Part shown: in pieces, positions 16,518 to 27,159 of the stretch
Numbering within the stretch: position 1 is the first letter of the stretch
Layout: each line of letters begins with the position of its first letter
Assembly (NCBI GenBank): GCA_964492705.1
Contig: CAZBLS010000003.1
Span: 1 to 56,228, forward strand
Length of the DNA: 56,228 nucleotides
Source: an uncultured Oscillospiraceae bacterium
GTDB taxonomy: Bacteria > Bacillota > Clostridia > Christensenellales > QALW01
Reading direction: 5' to 3'
Translations under genes and position numbers: made by a program
Notes under the pieces: model-generated
What the model saw: only the letters and a program-made list of their open reading frames with translations
The model's database searches: none
What the model was told of the DNA's origin: nothing

Positions 16518-18578
16518 TCAGTTATCTTTTGCGTCGGCAGATGCGTTTTCGCAGTCAACCTGTTCGGTAGAAATGAAAGTATCTTCGCTTTTGTCGGATT
16601 CGGCGTTAACGTCATTTGCATTGTCCGCAGTTTCCGCATTATCTGTGTTTTCTGTGCTTTCAGCAGCATTTGCATCGGATTTAAGGTGTTCTTCCGCTTT
16701 GAAATCCGCCAAAGTCTTGCCCGAATATATCGCTTCAAACTGCTCGCCTGTTATCTTTTCCATATCAAGGAGCACTTCGGCAAGGTTGTGAAGAATTTGC
16801 TCGTGCTCTTTAAGGATAGCAAAGGCACTTTCGTCGGCATCGGTCAAAATTTCGTGTATTGCTTTGTCCACTTTTGAAGCGAGTTCTTCCGAATAGGCCT
16901 TGTGGGTCGAAAAATCTCTGCCCAAGAAAATCTCGTCACCGCCGTTATCGCCCAAGTAAATGGGACCGATTTCGGGATGCATACCGTAGGAAGTAACGTA
17001 GCCTTTTGCAAGTTCGGTGGCGTGTTTGATATCGGAAGATGCACCGGTGGAAACATCGCCCAAAACAAGTTTTTCGGCGGCACGTCCGCCCAAGCACATT
17101 GTTATGCGGTCAAGAATATAACCTCTTGAATATGTGTCCGAATCGTCTTCGGGACGTGTGAGTGTATAACCGCCTGCGCCTCCGCGGGGAATAACCGAAA
17201 CTTCCGTTACGGGATCGCAGTGGGGAAGTGCTCGGGCAACGATTGCGTGTCCTGCTTCGTGGTAAGCAACAAGTTTCTTCTGCTGAGGACCTGTTTTGTG
17301 AGATTTCTTTTCGGGACCCATAATAACTCTCGTTACCGAGTCCTTAATATCCTGCATCGAAATTTCTTTTTTACCCCTGCGTACAGCCAAAAGAGCCGCT
17401 TCGTTGCAAAGGTTTTCAATATCGGCACCTACGAAACCGCCTGTAAGAAGTGCAACTTCGTGTGCGGAAACGTCGGGTGCAAAGTGCTTGTTGCGTGCGT
17501 GAATCTTAAATATATTTTCTCTGCCCTTTGTGTCGGGAGGAAGAACGTGTACCTGTCTGTCAAATCTTCCCGAACGGAGAAGTGCGGGGTCGAGTACGTC
17601 GGCACGGTTTGTTGCCGCCATAACTATTATTCCCTCATTGCCTGCAAAACCGTCCATTTCAACAAGTAATTGGTTAAGCGTCTGTTCTATTTCGTCGTGA
17701 CCTCCGCCGATACCTGTACCTCTTTGCCTACCTACTGCGTCTATTTCGTCAATAAATATAATACAGGGAGCGTTGCGCTTTGCGGTGGAGAACAGGTCTC
17801 TAACTCTTGCGGCACCGATACCTACGTAAAGTTCCACAAAGTCGGAACCCGTTATGGAGAAGAAAGGAACGCCTGCTTCTCCTGCAACGGATTTTGCAAG
17901 AAGCGTTTTACCCGTTCCGGGAGGGCCTACAAGAAGCACACCTTTGGGTATACGTGCACCCATTTTGGTATACTTGTCGGGACCTTTAAGGAAATCTACG
18001 ATTTCGGCAAGTTCTTCTTTTTCTTCGTCGGCACCGGCAACGTCCTTAAACGTTACTTTTTTGCCGTTGGGATCGTACATTTTTGCGGTGGATTTACCGA
18101 ATTGCATTCCCTTACCGTTTGCCTGCTGTGCGTATATAAAGTAAAGACCGCCCAACAGAAGAATGGAAAGTATAAACATCGGCAAATACTGCAAGTACCA
18201 AGGAGAGGTTACTATGATCGTATCGTAGTTGAAACCGTCGCCGTAGGTAAGTTTTGCGTTGCTTAAAATTTCATCAAACCTGTCGGTGTAGGTTACAGAT
18301 GCTTTATATTCGTATTTTTTCATAACGGCGGAATTGACTTTGTCCTGTGTTTCGGACCAATCAACTTTGTTGACATTGTCTTCCGTTACGGCGTAAGCGG
18401 TGCTGTTATTTACTATAAGTACGTAAGAAAAGTCACCGTTTTCCAGTTTTGTTTCAAATTCGCCTGTCTTTATTTCCTGCTGTGTTACGTCTTTTGTTTG
18501 CAGACCGCCCACAGCCAAATAAATAACCAAGCCGATTACGGCAAGGTAGCATAATGTATAAAGAATACGTTTTTTCAT
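16518..18578 (-). CDS. ftsH: ATP-dependent zinc metalloprotease FtsH
   Basis: 686 aa. Walker A GPPGTGKT, second region of homology, HEAGHA zinc site. About 60-aa acidic/Asn-rich low-complexity C-terminal tail. Confidence 0.97.
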   Translation of the reverse strand: MKKRILYTLCYLAVIGLVIYLAVGGLQTKDVTQQEIKTGEFETKLENGDFSYVLIVNNSTAYAVTEDNVNKVDWSETQDKVNSAVMKKYEYKASVTYTDRFDEILSNAKLTYGDGFNYDTIIVTSPWYLQYLPMFILSILLLGGLYFIYAQQANGKGMQFGKSTAKMYDPNGKKVTFKDVAGADEEKEELAEIVDFLKGPDKYTKMGARIPKGVLLVGPPGTGKTLLAKSVAGEAGVPFFSITGSDFVELYVGIGAARVRDLFSTAKRNAPCIIFIDEIDAVGRQRGTGIGGGHDEIEQTLNQLLVEMDGFAGNEGIIVMAATNRADVLDPALLRSGRFDRQVHVLPPDTKGRENIFKIHARNKHFAPDVSAHEVALLTGGFVGADIENLCNEAALLAVRRGKKEISMQDIKDSVTRVIMGPEKKSHKTGPQQKKLVAYHEAGHAIVARALPHCDPVTEVSVIPRGGAGGYTLTRPEDDSDTYSRGYILDRITMCLGGRAAEKLVLGDVSTGASSDIKHATELAKGYVTSYGMHPEIGPIYLGDNGGDEIFLGRDFSTHKAYSEELASKVDKAIHEILTDADESAFAILKEHEQILHNLAEVLLDMEKITGEQFEAIYSGKTLADFKAEEHLKSDANAAESTENTDNAETADNANDVNAESDKSEDTFISTEQVDCENASADAKDN

Positions 18579-18687
18579 TAGGGACTCCTTTGTTGTTTTG
18601 TCGGGGATTTATAACAGTTTAATTATAGCACCCGTAGGTTTACTTGCGGTGAAATATAAGTGAAACCTCGGTGTAGCAAAGAAAAAA

Positions 18688-19236
18688 TCACAGAGTATCG
18701 ATGTATTCCGGCTTTACAAAAAACACATCTTTGTACTGACGGCAAGATTGAGCGTAATCGAGACCGTAACCGACTACAAACTGATCGGGGATTTCAAAAC
18801 AGCAGTAGTCGGGCTTGATTTCCACCTTGCGACGGGAGGGCTTATCGAGCATACAGCATATTTTAAGGGATTTGGGCTTTCTTGTGGAAAGAATTTCTTT
18901 AAGGTTGGTAAGAGTCAGTCCCGTATCGATGATATCTTCAACGATAAGCACGTTTTTACCGCTTATGGAAGAATCAAGGTCTTTTTTGATTTTTACTTCA
19001 CCGGTGGATTCGGTGGAGTTGCCGTAGGAAGAGATAGTCATAAAATCAAACTGCACGTCGGTGTCTATACGGCGTACAAGGTCGGAATAGAACAGTACCG
19101 CTCCCTTTAAAATGCCTACCACCGTAAGGGATTCGCCTTTATAGTCACGGTTAATCTGCTGTGCGATAACGTCAATCTTTTTTTGCATTTCTTCGTATGA
19201 AATCAAAAGTTCAAGTTTTTCTCTCTCAATAAGCAT
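18688..19236 (-). CDS. hpt: Hypoxanthine phosphoribosyltransferase
   Basis: Trimmed to the second ATG (19236), 8 nt after AGGAG. PRPP-binding loop VLIVEDIIDTGLT. Conserved tilS-hpt-ftsH order. Confidence 0.93.
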   Translation of the reverse strand: MLIEREKLELLISYEEMQKKIDVIAQQINRDYKGESLTVVGILKGAVLFYSDLVRRIDTDVQFDFMTISSYGNSTESTGEVKIKKDLDSSISGKNVLIVEDIIDTGLTLTNLKEILSTRKPKSLKICCMLDKPSRRKVEIKPDYCCFEIPDQFVVGYGLDYAQSCRQYKDVFFVKPEYIDTL

Positions 19237-19241
19237 ATTAT

Positions 19242-20570
19242 TTACTCCTTGCATATTTTTAATATTTTTTTTGTGCTTTGGCTTATTTTTACTTTTTCGG
19301 AAACGGTATTTCCCAAAATAACGAGAATTTCGTCATCCGATGCGATAAGGGGAAGAGAATCGCGGATATCTTTCGGAATTTTTCTTCCGATAAAATACTT
19401 TTTAAGCGTCATTGAACCGCTCATCCCAAGGGGGGTAATTCTGTCACCCGAACGCCGTGTGCGTAACGTGAGTTTTTGGGGTAATTTATCAAAATCCACA
19501 CATTCGCAATTTTTTTCTCGGCGTGCATTATCAGTGAAATGGGAAGATACGGTACAGTTTGGCAAGAGGTATGTTCTGTCGGGCAAAAATTCCGTTTCTT
19601 CAAATACGGTTTCTTCCGATTTACAGAATACGAGAGTATCAAACTCTCTGCGCACGTGCAGTGAAAAGGGCAGATGAACTTCTTTACCCGACTGCTTTGA
19701 AAAAAGGGAAGCGATATCTTCGGTATGTTTCTTTTCCAAATCTACCGTATGTCCGTTTATTTTCTTTACCGCAAGCCTTATAACGCCGTCTCTGATGACG
19801 GGGTCGAGGTCACGCATTTTAAGTTTCAGTTTATTTTCTTCACAGGAAAGCAAAAGGGACGAAAATTCTTTCTCGCAGGTGCTTTCAAAAAAATCACGGT
19901 AACCTTTTAACAGTTCGGAACATGAAAAAATGCTGTCGGTAACGTTTGAATTTATATTTTTCAGTTGGGGAATTACTTCAAGGCGCATCCTGTTTCGGGA
20001 ATAGTTGCTGTCGCCGTTAGTGGAATCGGTTACGTATTTTAATTTATTTAAATTTAAATATTCTTCTATTTCACTGCGTCGGGTACAGAGCAGGGGACGG
20101 ATAATATTCCCCGTTACGCAATCCATACCGCACAGTCCGTTTAGACCCGAGCCTCTTACCAGGTGCATAAGTACGGTTTCCGCTTGGTCATCTTTGTTGT
20201 GTGCCACCGCAATGGGGCAGTTTAACTTGTCGGCATATTCGGCTAAAAGCGCATACCGTTCGTTACGTGCACAGGTTTCGAGGGAAAGTTTCTTTTCTTT
20301 TGCGATTTTCGGCACGTCGATACTTTCGGTAAAAAAATCTATACCGTGACGAATGCAAAATTCTTCGGCAAAAGAGGCATCCCTCAATGCTTCTTCGCCC
20401 CGTATACCGTGTTCAACGTGCAATGCGTAAACTTTATAACCGAGTTTTTTTAATATAAAAGTAAGGCAAATAGAGTCCGCACCGCCGGAGAGACCGCAAA
20501 GAACTTGCGAACCTCTGTTGAGCATACCGTTTTTACTTATATATTCGGCAACTTTTTCTTCAAGTGTCAT
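19242..20570 (-). CDS. tilS: tRNA(Ile)-lysidine synthetase
   Basis: 442 aa, PP-loop SGGADS. Conserved position upstream of hpt-ftsH. Confidence 0.93.
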   Translation of the reverse strand: MTLEEKVAEYISKNGMLNRGSQVLCGLSGGADSICLTFILKKLGYKVYALHVEHGIRGEEALRDASFAEEFCIRHGIDFFTESIDVPKIAKEKKLSLETCARNERYALLAEYADKLNCPIAVAHNKDDQAETVLMHLVRGSGLNGLCGMDCVTGNIIRPLLCTRRSEIEEYLNLNKLKYVTDSTNGDSNYSRNRMRLEVIPQLKNINSNVTDSIFSCSELLKGYRDFFESTCEKEFSSLLLSCEENKLKLKMRDLDPVIRDGVIRLAVKKINGHTVDLEKKHTEDIASLFSKQSGKEVHLPFSLHVRREFDTLVFCKSEETVFEETEFLPDRTYLLPNCTVSSHFTDNARREKNCECVDFDKLPQKLTLRTRRSGDRITPLGMSGSMTLKKYFIGRKIPKDIRDSLPLIASDDEILVILGNTVSEKVKISQSTKKILKICKE

Positions 20571-21472
20571 AACTGTTTAAGCCTCAAATCGGTATCGGCA
20601 AATTTAAGTACTGCGGAACGGGAACGGTCGAAGAGCCTTGAAGAAACACGTTCGGTGTACCGCTGCTTTATATCGTCCGGCGAAAGATTTGTGGATATGC
20701 AAACCGCTTTTTTTGCACGGGTACGCTCGTTTATAAGCATAAATATATATTCTTGCGTAATATTATTGAATATGGGTTCGGTACCCAAATCGTCAATTAT
20801 AAGCACGTCGGCATTCAACAGTAAGTCGATATCGCTTATTTTGTTAAATGCGTATTGGCGCAGAATATCAAAAAGCCGTCCCGAAGTAATGTAAACGGTG
20901 GTAATGCCTTTCTTTTTAAGTTCAATGGCGATACAGGAAAGCAAAAACGTTTTGCCTGTGCCTGTATTTCCCGTAAAAATAAGGTTGGGACGTTTTACGT
21001 CGGGGAAGCGTTTGGCGTATTCGAAACAGTAGTTTTTGATATCTGCCATTTTTTTTCTGTCCGCTTCGTCAAAGACGTTTTCGTCAAAAGTATCGAAAGT
21101 TGCGCTTTCATCGAAAAGCATATCTTCGCTTAAAACGATTTCGGTAAGTCTCCGTGAAAAACAGGAACAGTAATTTTCGCCTATTCGTCCGCTGTCCTTG
21201 CAAAGGGGGCAGGAGTATTTAGGTACAGGAAGAGAAAGACCTTTTTCTGTAAGATAATCTTCCATTTGACCGTTTAAAAGGGACAGATGGCGGTCTTTTT
21301 CGCTTTTTTTCATAAGTCTGTCGCTGGCAATCTCACGTTTTTTGTTTTCAAGCACGGTATATTGGGGGTTTTCGGAAAAAAAGCGTTCAAGGCGTTGCTT
21401 GTACTCAAAGGACGAATTAAGCCTTTTAAGGGCAAATTCGCTTTCGGTTTTGCGTAATGCGTATGTATCCAT
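20567..21472 (-). CDS. DnaC/DnaI-like replicative helicase loader ATPase
   Basis: 301 aa. Walker A GNTGTGKTF, IIDDLG Walker B, upstream Cys cluster CPLCKDSG...YCSC. 4-nt overlap with the tilS start. Confidence 0.8.
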   Translation of the reverse strand: MDTYALRKTESEFALKRLNSSFEYKQRLERFFSENPQYTVLENKKREIASDRLMKKSEKDRHLSLLNGQMEDYLTEKGLSLPVPKYSCPLCKDSGRIGENYCSCFSRRLTEIVLSEDMLFDESATFDTFDENVFDEADRKKMADIKNYCFEYAKRFPDVKRPNLIFTGNTGTGKTFLLSCIAIELKKKGITTVYITSGRLFDILRQYAFNKISDIDLLLNADVLIIDDLGTEPIFNNITQEYIFMLINERTRAKKAVCISTNLSPDDIKQRYTERVSSRLFDRSRSAVLKFADTDLRLKQL

Positions 21473-21474
21473 AT

Positions 21475-22689
21475 TTACACCTCCGTATTTGCCGGATCGT
21501 TATACAGTGTATCGCCGTAGGGCGTGCTTTCACTTTTGAAATTATCAAGGGAACCTTTTTTCTGCACGGGAGTTTGAGGTTTTTTATCCCCTTGAAGTGC
21601 AAAGTGTTTTTCTATCTCGGGCAGAGTAAACGCTTTCATATCCCTTAATGTGTCCGCACGGTCACAGAACTTTTTAAAGGTGTGAGATCCGCTTTCGCAT
21701 AGAAGTTTTGCAATTAAAATCAGGCTGTCCTCGGCAAAACCGTCACCTTTGTAGCCGTTTAACTTCTCGGTATGTACGCCCGTTACGGTACGGTTATGTT
21801 CGCCCAAGGTGTAAAGTATAACCGAAGCCAACCTGCGCTGAACGTCGGATTCAGTTAAATATGCACGTATTTCCTTTGCACTGCGAAGCGAAAGGGAATT
21901 AAGTTTTTCAAGTATTCTGTTTATGTAAGCAAAGTTGGGAGCGGAAGTCTTTGTGGTTTCGCTGCACGCCGTCTTTATGGCGTTAAGGTCAAAGCCCATT
22001 TCCGAAGTCCATTTGCGGTATAAGCGCATTTCATCCACAGAGGGCGTACGGCTTATGCCTAAATGGCGTAAAAGTTTTGATGCTTCGTGGTGCTTTGCCT
22101 GATAAAGGGAAAGATATTCTTCCGCAGATTCCGCATTTGTGATACCGTCGTTTGCCCAAGCGAGCGCAACTTTGTCTATATACGAAAAGGAAACGGAAGT
22201 ATCTGCCGTACTTATGCAGTGGGCGACCAAAAGCAGTGCGGTCTCCACCGAAAGACCGTAGATTTCCACCCAATCACGTGCCTTGTCGTATTCGCCGTTG
22301 GAAATGCTTCTTTTAGGGAAAAGCGCCCGTATTCCGGCAAAATAGTCCGAATAAGAAGAAAGCATATCGGCAGCATAAGGGTCAAATGTGTTTTTGGCTT
22401 CAAAAGCGGAAAGCACTTCAAACGTAAAGGGACGAAGAGTATAGTTGATAAGATGCTTTTCACTTAAAAATTCAAGGGCATCGGTAAATTCCTTTTCGCT
22501 TACGCCCGAAGCGGTTGCAACGGCGGACAGCGAATCGGCTTTTATATCCCTATGGGTGCAAACGTAGAGCAAATACAGGTATACCTTTACAAATACTCCC
22601 GAAGTTGACGGCAGAAAACTGCTTATAAATGCACCTTCAACGGGAACGATATCCGAAAGCGGATGACCTTTTACGAATTTTCCCGACAT
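21475..22689 (-). CDS. DnaD-domain replication initiation / membrane attachment protein (DnaB/DnaD-like)
   Basis: Trimmed to the ATG at 22689 behind GGAGGG. Position directly upstream of the dnaI-like gene mirrors B. subtilis dnaB-dnaI. Sequence-level assignment is weaker. Confidence 0.7.
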   Translation of the reverse strand: MSGKFVKGHPLSDIVPVEGAFISSFLPSTSGVFVKVYLYLLYVCTHRDIKADSLSAVATASGVSEKEFTDALEFLSEKHLINYTLRPFTFEVLSAFEAKNTFDPYAADMLSSYSDYFAGIRALFPKRSISNGEYDKARDWVEIYGLSVETALLLVAHCISTADTSVSFSYIDKVALAWANDGITNAESAEEYLSLYQAKHHEASKLLRHLGISRTPSVDEMRLYRKWTSEMGFDLNAIKTACSETTKTSAPNFAYINRILEKLNSLSLRSAKEIRAYLTESDVQRRLASVILYTLGEHNRTVTGVHTEKLNGYKGDGFAEDSLILIAKLLCESGSHTFKKFCDRADTLRDMKAFTLPEIEKHFALQGDKKPQTPVQKKGSLDNFKSESTPYGDTLYNDPANTEV

Positions 22690-22783
22690 AATACCCTCCG
22701 ATTTGTTTAAAAAAGATATTCTGTGATAGTATACCACAAATTTCGATATAAATCAAAGATATTTTGAAAGGACGGAATAATTT

Positions 22784-24244
22784 TTGAAAAGAAATCTTAA
22801 AATCGCCGTTACGGTAATTGCACTGACGGTGACGGTGGCAGTTTCACTGCTTTTTCATTCCTGCACTGTTGCGAAAATAAAGGATAGGAACAGATACAAC
22901 ATCAATGCCGAAACCGACGGAGTGAATTTAACGGGTGAACTTATACTTGAAGTAAACGGAAACAAAGACGAAGACCTGTTCTTTTGCCTTTATCCCAATG
23001 CGTTTAAACTCGAAGAGAATACCGAAAATACCGCTTATGACAGTGAAAAAGCATATCCGCACGGGTTCGACAGCGGATATATCGATATTTTTAACGTGGA
23101 ATGTAACGGAAAAAAGTGCAAATTTTCATTTGAAGAAGACGGTCAGATCTTAAAGGCGGAAACAAATAAAAGAGGAAAGAAAAAAATAAAGATAACTTTC
23201 ACAGAAAAACTTCCCCGTTCGCCTGCAAGGTTCGGTTACGGGGAAAATACGTATAATTACGGTAATTGGTATCCCGTGCTTTGCCCGAATATTAACGGCG
23301 AAACCGTAAAAAATACATATACGGCAAACGGCGATCCGTTCTGCTCGGAAACGGCGGATTATTCGGTGTCGGTTACCGTGCCGGCAAAAATGCGCATTGC
23401 TTCAACGGGAAAAATAATCTCCTGTGATGAATCCGACCCCTTTAAATACAAATGGAATATACAGGCGGAAAACGTGCGGGATTTTGCCTTTGTCATAAGT
23501 GAAAACTATAAACTTATATCCCGAAAAACGGGGGACACGGTGGTTTATTCATATTATTACGGAGACGAAAAACGGGCACAAAAAGCGCTTGACGGTGCGG
23601 TAAATGCAATAGAATGCTTTTCGTCCCTTTTCGGAAAGTACCCCTATGAGACTTTTTCCGTTGCGCAAACGGATTTTTATATGGGTGGAATGGAATATCC
23701 CAATCTTGTTTTCATAAACGGTGAACTGTACTGCGAAGAAAAGGAAGAAACTTTGGAGGAAGTAACCGTGCACGAAACGGCACATCAGTGGTGGTACGGT
23801 ATTGTGGGCAATGACGAAAAGAAAGAACCTTGGCTTGATGAGGGACTTACGCAGTATTCTGTGGCTCTTTATTTTGAAGAAAAGTACGGAGAAGAAAAGT
23901 ACAGCGAATACATAAAAAACTGCAACGGCTACTGTGAACTTATTTTCGGTATAAATCAGCGGATAACGGGGGAGTGCGACAGGCGGATAGGACGGGCAAG
24001 CAATGAGTTTGAAAATATTCTTCTGTACGACGCTCTTGTTTACGATGCTTCCGCCGTTATGTTCGATGCCGTAAGGGGCACGGTCGGCAGAGAAAACCTT
24101 ATTTCCGGTATGAAAAAGTATTTTGAGGATTGTGCATACACCGTTGCGAACGGCAAAAAGTTTTTTGAAGCGTTTTCGTTTGCCGCGGGAAAGAACGGTG
24201 AAAAACTTTTTCTGCCGTGGCTGAACGGCGAAGTTTATTGGTAA
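22784..24244 (+). CDS. M1-family (gluzincin) metallopeptidase, probable lipoprotein
   Basis: HEXXH-18-E: VHETAHQWWYGIVGNDEKKEPWLDEG. Signal peptide with Cys (LLFHSC). TTG start. Confidence 0.85.
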   Translation: MKRNLKIAVTVIALTVTVAVSLLFHSCTVAKIKDRNRYNINAETDGVNLTGELILEVNGNKDEDLFFCLYPNAFKLEENTENTAYDSEKAYPHGFDSGYIDIFNVECNGKKCKFSFEEDGQILKAETNKRGKKKIKITFTEKLPRSPARFGYGENTYNYGNWYPVLCPNINGETVKNTYTANGDPFCSETADYSVSVTVPAKMRIASTGKIISCDESDPFKYKWNIQAENVRDFAFVISENYKLISRKTGDTVVYSYYYGDEKRAQKALDGAVNAIECFSSLFGKYPYETFSVAQTDFYMGGMEYPNLVFINGELYCEEKEETLEEVTVHETAHQWWYGIVGNDEKKEPWLDEGLTQYSVALYFEEKYGEEKYSEYIKNCNGYCELIFGINQRITGECDRRIGRASNEFENILLYDALVYDASAVMFDAVRGTVGRENLISGMKKYFEDCAYTVANGKKFFEAFSFAAGKNGEKLFLPWLNGEVYW

Positions 24245-24423
24245 TGCGTAGCATATGTAATAAGGAATGCAGAAAAGAGAGCGACGGCATCCGAATTTTT
24301 GTATTGACGCCGGCAAAACGTTCGCTTTTCTCTGATTAAAATGCGCAATCGGTCAAAAAATAATGTGTTAATGGCTGAAAAATGTTGAAAAAAAGAAAAT
24401 TGAGCGTATTTTGCGCCGAGGGG

Positions 24424-24452
24424 TTGCGCAAATGCGCAAATTGTCTTATAAT
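24424..24452 (+). promoter_or_regulatory. Promoter of the glpA-like operon with an overlapping palindromic operator
   Basis: TTGCGC (-35, 24424-24429), 17 nt, TATAAT (24447-24452). The -35 lies inside the perfect inverted repeat TTGCGCA-AA-TGCGCAA (24424-24439). Confidence 0.6.
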
Positions 24453-24480
24453 ATGCGTATCAAATAATCGGAGGAAAGAT

Positions 24481-25911
24481 ATGAAAGACGTTGCGATAAT
24501 CGGTGGCGGAGTTATCGGCTGTGCCGTTGCGTACAAACTTTCCGCTTACAACCTTGATACGGTCGTAATCGAAAAGGAAAACGATATTGCTATGGGAGCA
24601 ACAAGAGCAAACAGCGGTATAATTCACGCAGGATTCGATCCTATGCCCGATACGTTGGAAGCAAGACTTAACGTGGAGGGATGCAGGCAGGCAAAGATTC
24701 TTGCCGAAAAATTGGACGTACGTTATAAAAATAACGGTTCAATGGTACTTGCATTTAATGCGAGCGAGGCTGAAACGGTAAAAAAACTTTATGATAGAGG
24801 CGTGAAAAACGGAGTTCCCGATTTGCAGATAATCGACGGAATAGAAGTACGCAAGCGTGAACTCAACGTAAGCGAAAATGTTGTTTGCGCACTTTATGCT
24901 CCAAGTGCAGGAGTTATAGACCCTTGGGATTATGCCATAGCCTTTGCTACGGTGGCGGCTCAAAACGGAGTTGAATTTAAATTCGGATTTAATGCGGATA
25001 AAATAGAAAAATGCGAAAACGGCTACAAGATATATTCCGGTGAAGAAGTAGTTGAAGCAAAGAGGGTAATCAATGCAGCAGGCGTGCACAGTGATGAAAT
25101 TCACAATATGGTTGCAGAGCCTGAATTTAAAATAGTTCCCACAAAGGGACAGTATTATTTAATGGATAAGTGCGAGGGTGAAAAAGTTAATTGCACGCTG
25201 TTCCAGTGTCCGTCGGAGGCAGGTAAAGGCGTACTTGTTGCACCTACCGCTCACGGCAACCTTATTGTAGGTCCCGATGCTACCGTTTCCGACGAGCCCG
25301 ATAGGGTAAATACCACGGGAACACAGTTGGATTTTGTTAAAACTTCGGCATTTAAAAGCGTTGCGGATATCAATTACCGCAATGCGATAAGAAACTTTGC
25401 GGGAATGAGAGCAAATACCGATCAGGGTGATTTCGTTATTAAGATTGCCCGAGAAGGATTTATTGATCTTGCAGGCATAAAATCTCCCGGTTTAAGTGCC
25501 GCACCTGCCATTGCAGACGAAGCAATAGAACTTTTAAAGACCGACGGTGCGGTTCTTAATGAGAAAGAGCACTTTGTAACAGAGAGAAAGCGCAGGGTAT
25601 TTAAGGAACTTTCCGAAGAAGAAAAAGCGGAGATAATAAAAGAAGATCCCCGTTACGGCAGAGTAATATGCAGATGCGAAACGGTAACCGAGGGCGAGAT
25701 AGTTGCGGCAATACATTCGCCTGTTCCTGCAAGAACGGTTGACGGCGTAAAACGCCGTTGCGGAGCAGGTATGGGACGCTGTCAGGGCGGATTTTGCGGA
25801 CCGAAAGTAGTTGAGATACTTGCAAGAGAGTGGGGCGTTTCTCCTCTTGAAATAGAAAAGGACAAAACGGGTTCCACTATACTTCTCCGTAAAAGTAAGG
25901 AGGAAAATTAA
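24481..25911 (+). CDS. FAD-dependent oxidoreductase, anaerobic glycerol-3-phosphate dehydrogenase (GlpA)-like with BFD-like 2Fe-2S domain
   Basis: Trimmed to the ATG at 24481 behind GGAGGAAAG. DVAIIGGGVIGCAVA dinucleotide fold. CRCETVTEGEIVAAIH...CGAGMGRCQGGFC BFD-like Cys motif. Confidence 0.85.
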   Translation: MKDVAIIGGGVIGCAVAYKLSAYNLDTVVIEKENDIAMGATRANSGIIHAGFDPMPDTLEARLNVEGCRQAKILAEKLDVRYKNNGSMVLAFNASEAETVKKLYDRGVKNGVPDLQIIDGIEVRKRELNVSENVVCALYAPSAGVIDPWDYAIAFATVAAQNGVEFKFGFNADKIEKCENGYKIYSGEEVVEAKRVINAAGVHSDEIHNMVAEPEFKIVPTKGQYYLMDKCEGEKVNCTLFQCPSEAGKGVLVAPTAHGNLIVGPDATVSDEPDRVNTTGTQLDFVKTSAFKSVADINYRNAIRNFAGMRANTDQGDFVIKIAREGFIDLAGIKSPGLSAAPAIADEAIELLKTDGAVLNEKEHFVTERKRRVFKELSEEEKAEIIKEDPRYGRVICRCETVTEGEIVAAIHSPVPARTVDGVKRRCGAGMGRCQGGFCGPKVVEILAREWGVSPLEIEKDKTGSTILLRKSKEEN

Positions 25912-27159
25912 ATGTACGATATAGTTGTTATCGGCGGAGGTCCGGCAGGACTTGCGGCGGCATATGCCGCTTGGAATAAGGGTATCAGAAAGATACTTAT
26001 AATCGAGCGAGACAAAGAAGCAGGCGGAATACTTAATCAGTGCGTGCATAACGGCTTCGGATTGCACTATTTTAAGGAAGAACTTACGGGTCCGGAATAT
26101 GCGGGAAGATTTATTGAAATGCTTTCTTCCACAGAGACCGAAATAAAACTTGATACTATGGTGCTTGAAATCACAAAGGACAAAAGGGTAAAATGCGTAA
26201 GCGCACAGCACGGCTTTGAGGAGATACAGGCAAAGGCTATCGTTATCGCAACGGGATGCAGGGAGCGCACGAGAGGTGCTATCGCTATTCCCGGAGACCG
26301 TCCGGCAGGCGTATTTACGGCAGGTGCGGCGCAAAAGTATCTTAATACCGAGGGCTACTGCGTAGGCAAAAGAGTTGTGATTTTAGGCAGCGGTGATATC
26401 GGACTTATAATGGCACGCCGTATGACGTTGGAGGGCGCAAAAGTACTTGCCTGCGTGGAAGTTATGCCTTTCTCCGGCGGACTTACACGTAATATCGTAC
26501 AGTGCTTGGAAGACTTTAATATTCCCCTGTATCTTTCACATACCATAACAGATATAATCGGAAAAGAGCGAGTTGAAAAAGTTATAGTTTCAAAAGTGGA
26601 CGAAAACAGACGTCCCATCGCCGGCACGGAAATGGAATTTGATTGCGATACCGTTTTGCTTTCGGTAGGTCTTATTCCCGAAAACGAACTTACCCGTGCG
26701 GCGGGAATAGAAATGGACAGGCGCACCGGCGGAGCAACCGTCTTTGAAAATAACGAAACTTCCTCCGAGGGCATTTTTGCTTGCGGTAATGCGGTACACG
26801 TACATGACCTTGTGGATTATGTTACGGAAGAAAGTACCCGTGCAGGTGAAGCGGCGGCGGATTACGTTATGAAAGGCGAGTGCAACGGACGGCTTATCGA
26901 CCTTGTAAACGGAAGCGGTGTTACCTATACGGTTCCTCAGCGCATACGTCTTACGGGCGAAAAGAAATACGGAGTGTTCTTCCGTGTAAACAGAGTGATG
27001 AAAAAAAGCAGGATCAAAGTTGTAAGCGACGGTACGGTTTTGGCATCTTTCAGCCGTGAGCATATGGCTCCGGGCGAAATGGAGAGAATAGATATTCCCG
27101 CTGTTTTGCTTGAAAAAGCCACAGGCAACGTAACCGTTGAAACGGAGGCGGAAGAATGA
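25912..27159 (+). CDS. NAD(P)/FAD-dependent pyridine nucleotide-disulfide oxidoreductase family protein (second subunit of the glpA-like module)
   Basis: 415 aa with two Rossmann motifs (VVIGGGPAGLAAA; VVILGSGDIGLIMA). Starts at the stop of the previous gene. Confidence 0.85.
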   Translation: MYDIVVIGGGPAGLAAAYAAWNKGIRKILIIERDKEAGGILNQCVHNGFGLHYFKEELTGPEYAGRFIEMLSSTETEIKLDTMVLEITKDKRVKCVSAQHGFEEIQAKAIVIATGCRERTRGAIAIPGDRPAGVFTAGAAQKYLNTEGYCVGKRVVILGSGDIGLIMARRMTLEGAKVLACVEVMPFSGGLTRNIVQCLEDFNIPLYLSHTITDIIGKERVEKVIVSKVDENRRPIAGTEMEFDCDTVLLSVGLIPENELTRAAGIEMDRRTGGATVFENNETSSEGIFACGNAVHVHDLVDYVTEESTRAGEAAADYVMKGECNGRLIDLVNGSGVTYTVPQRIRLTGEKKYGVFFRVNRVMKKSRIKVVSDGTVLASFSREHMAPGEMERIDIPAVLLEKATGNVTVETEAEE

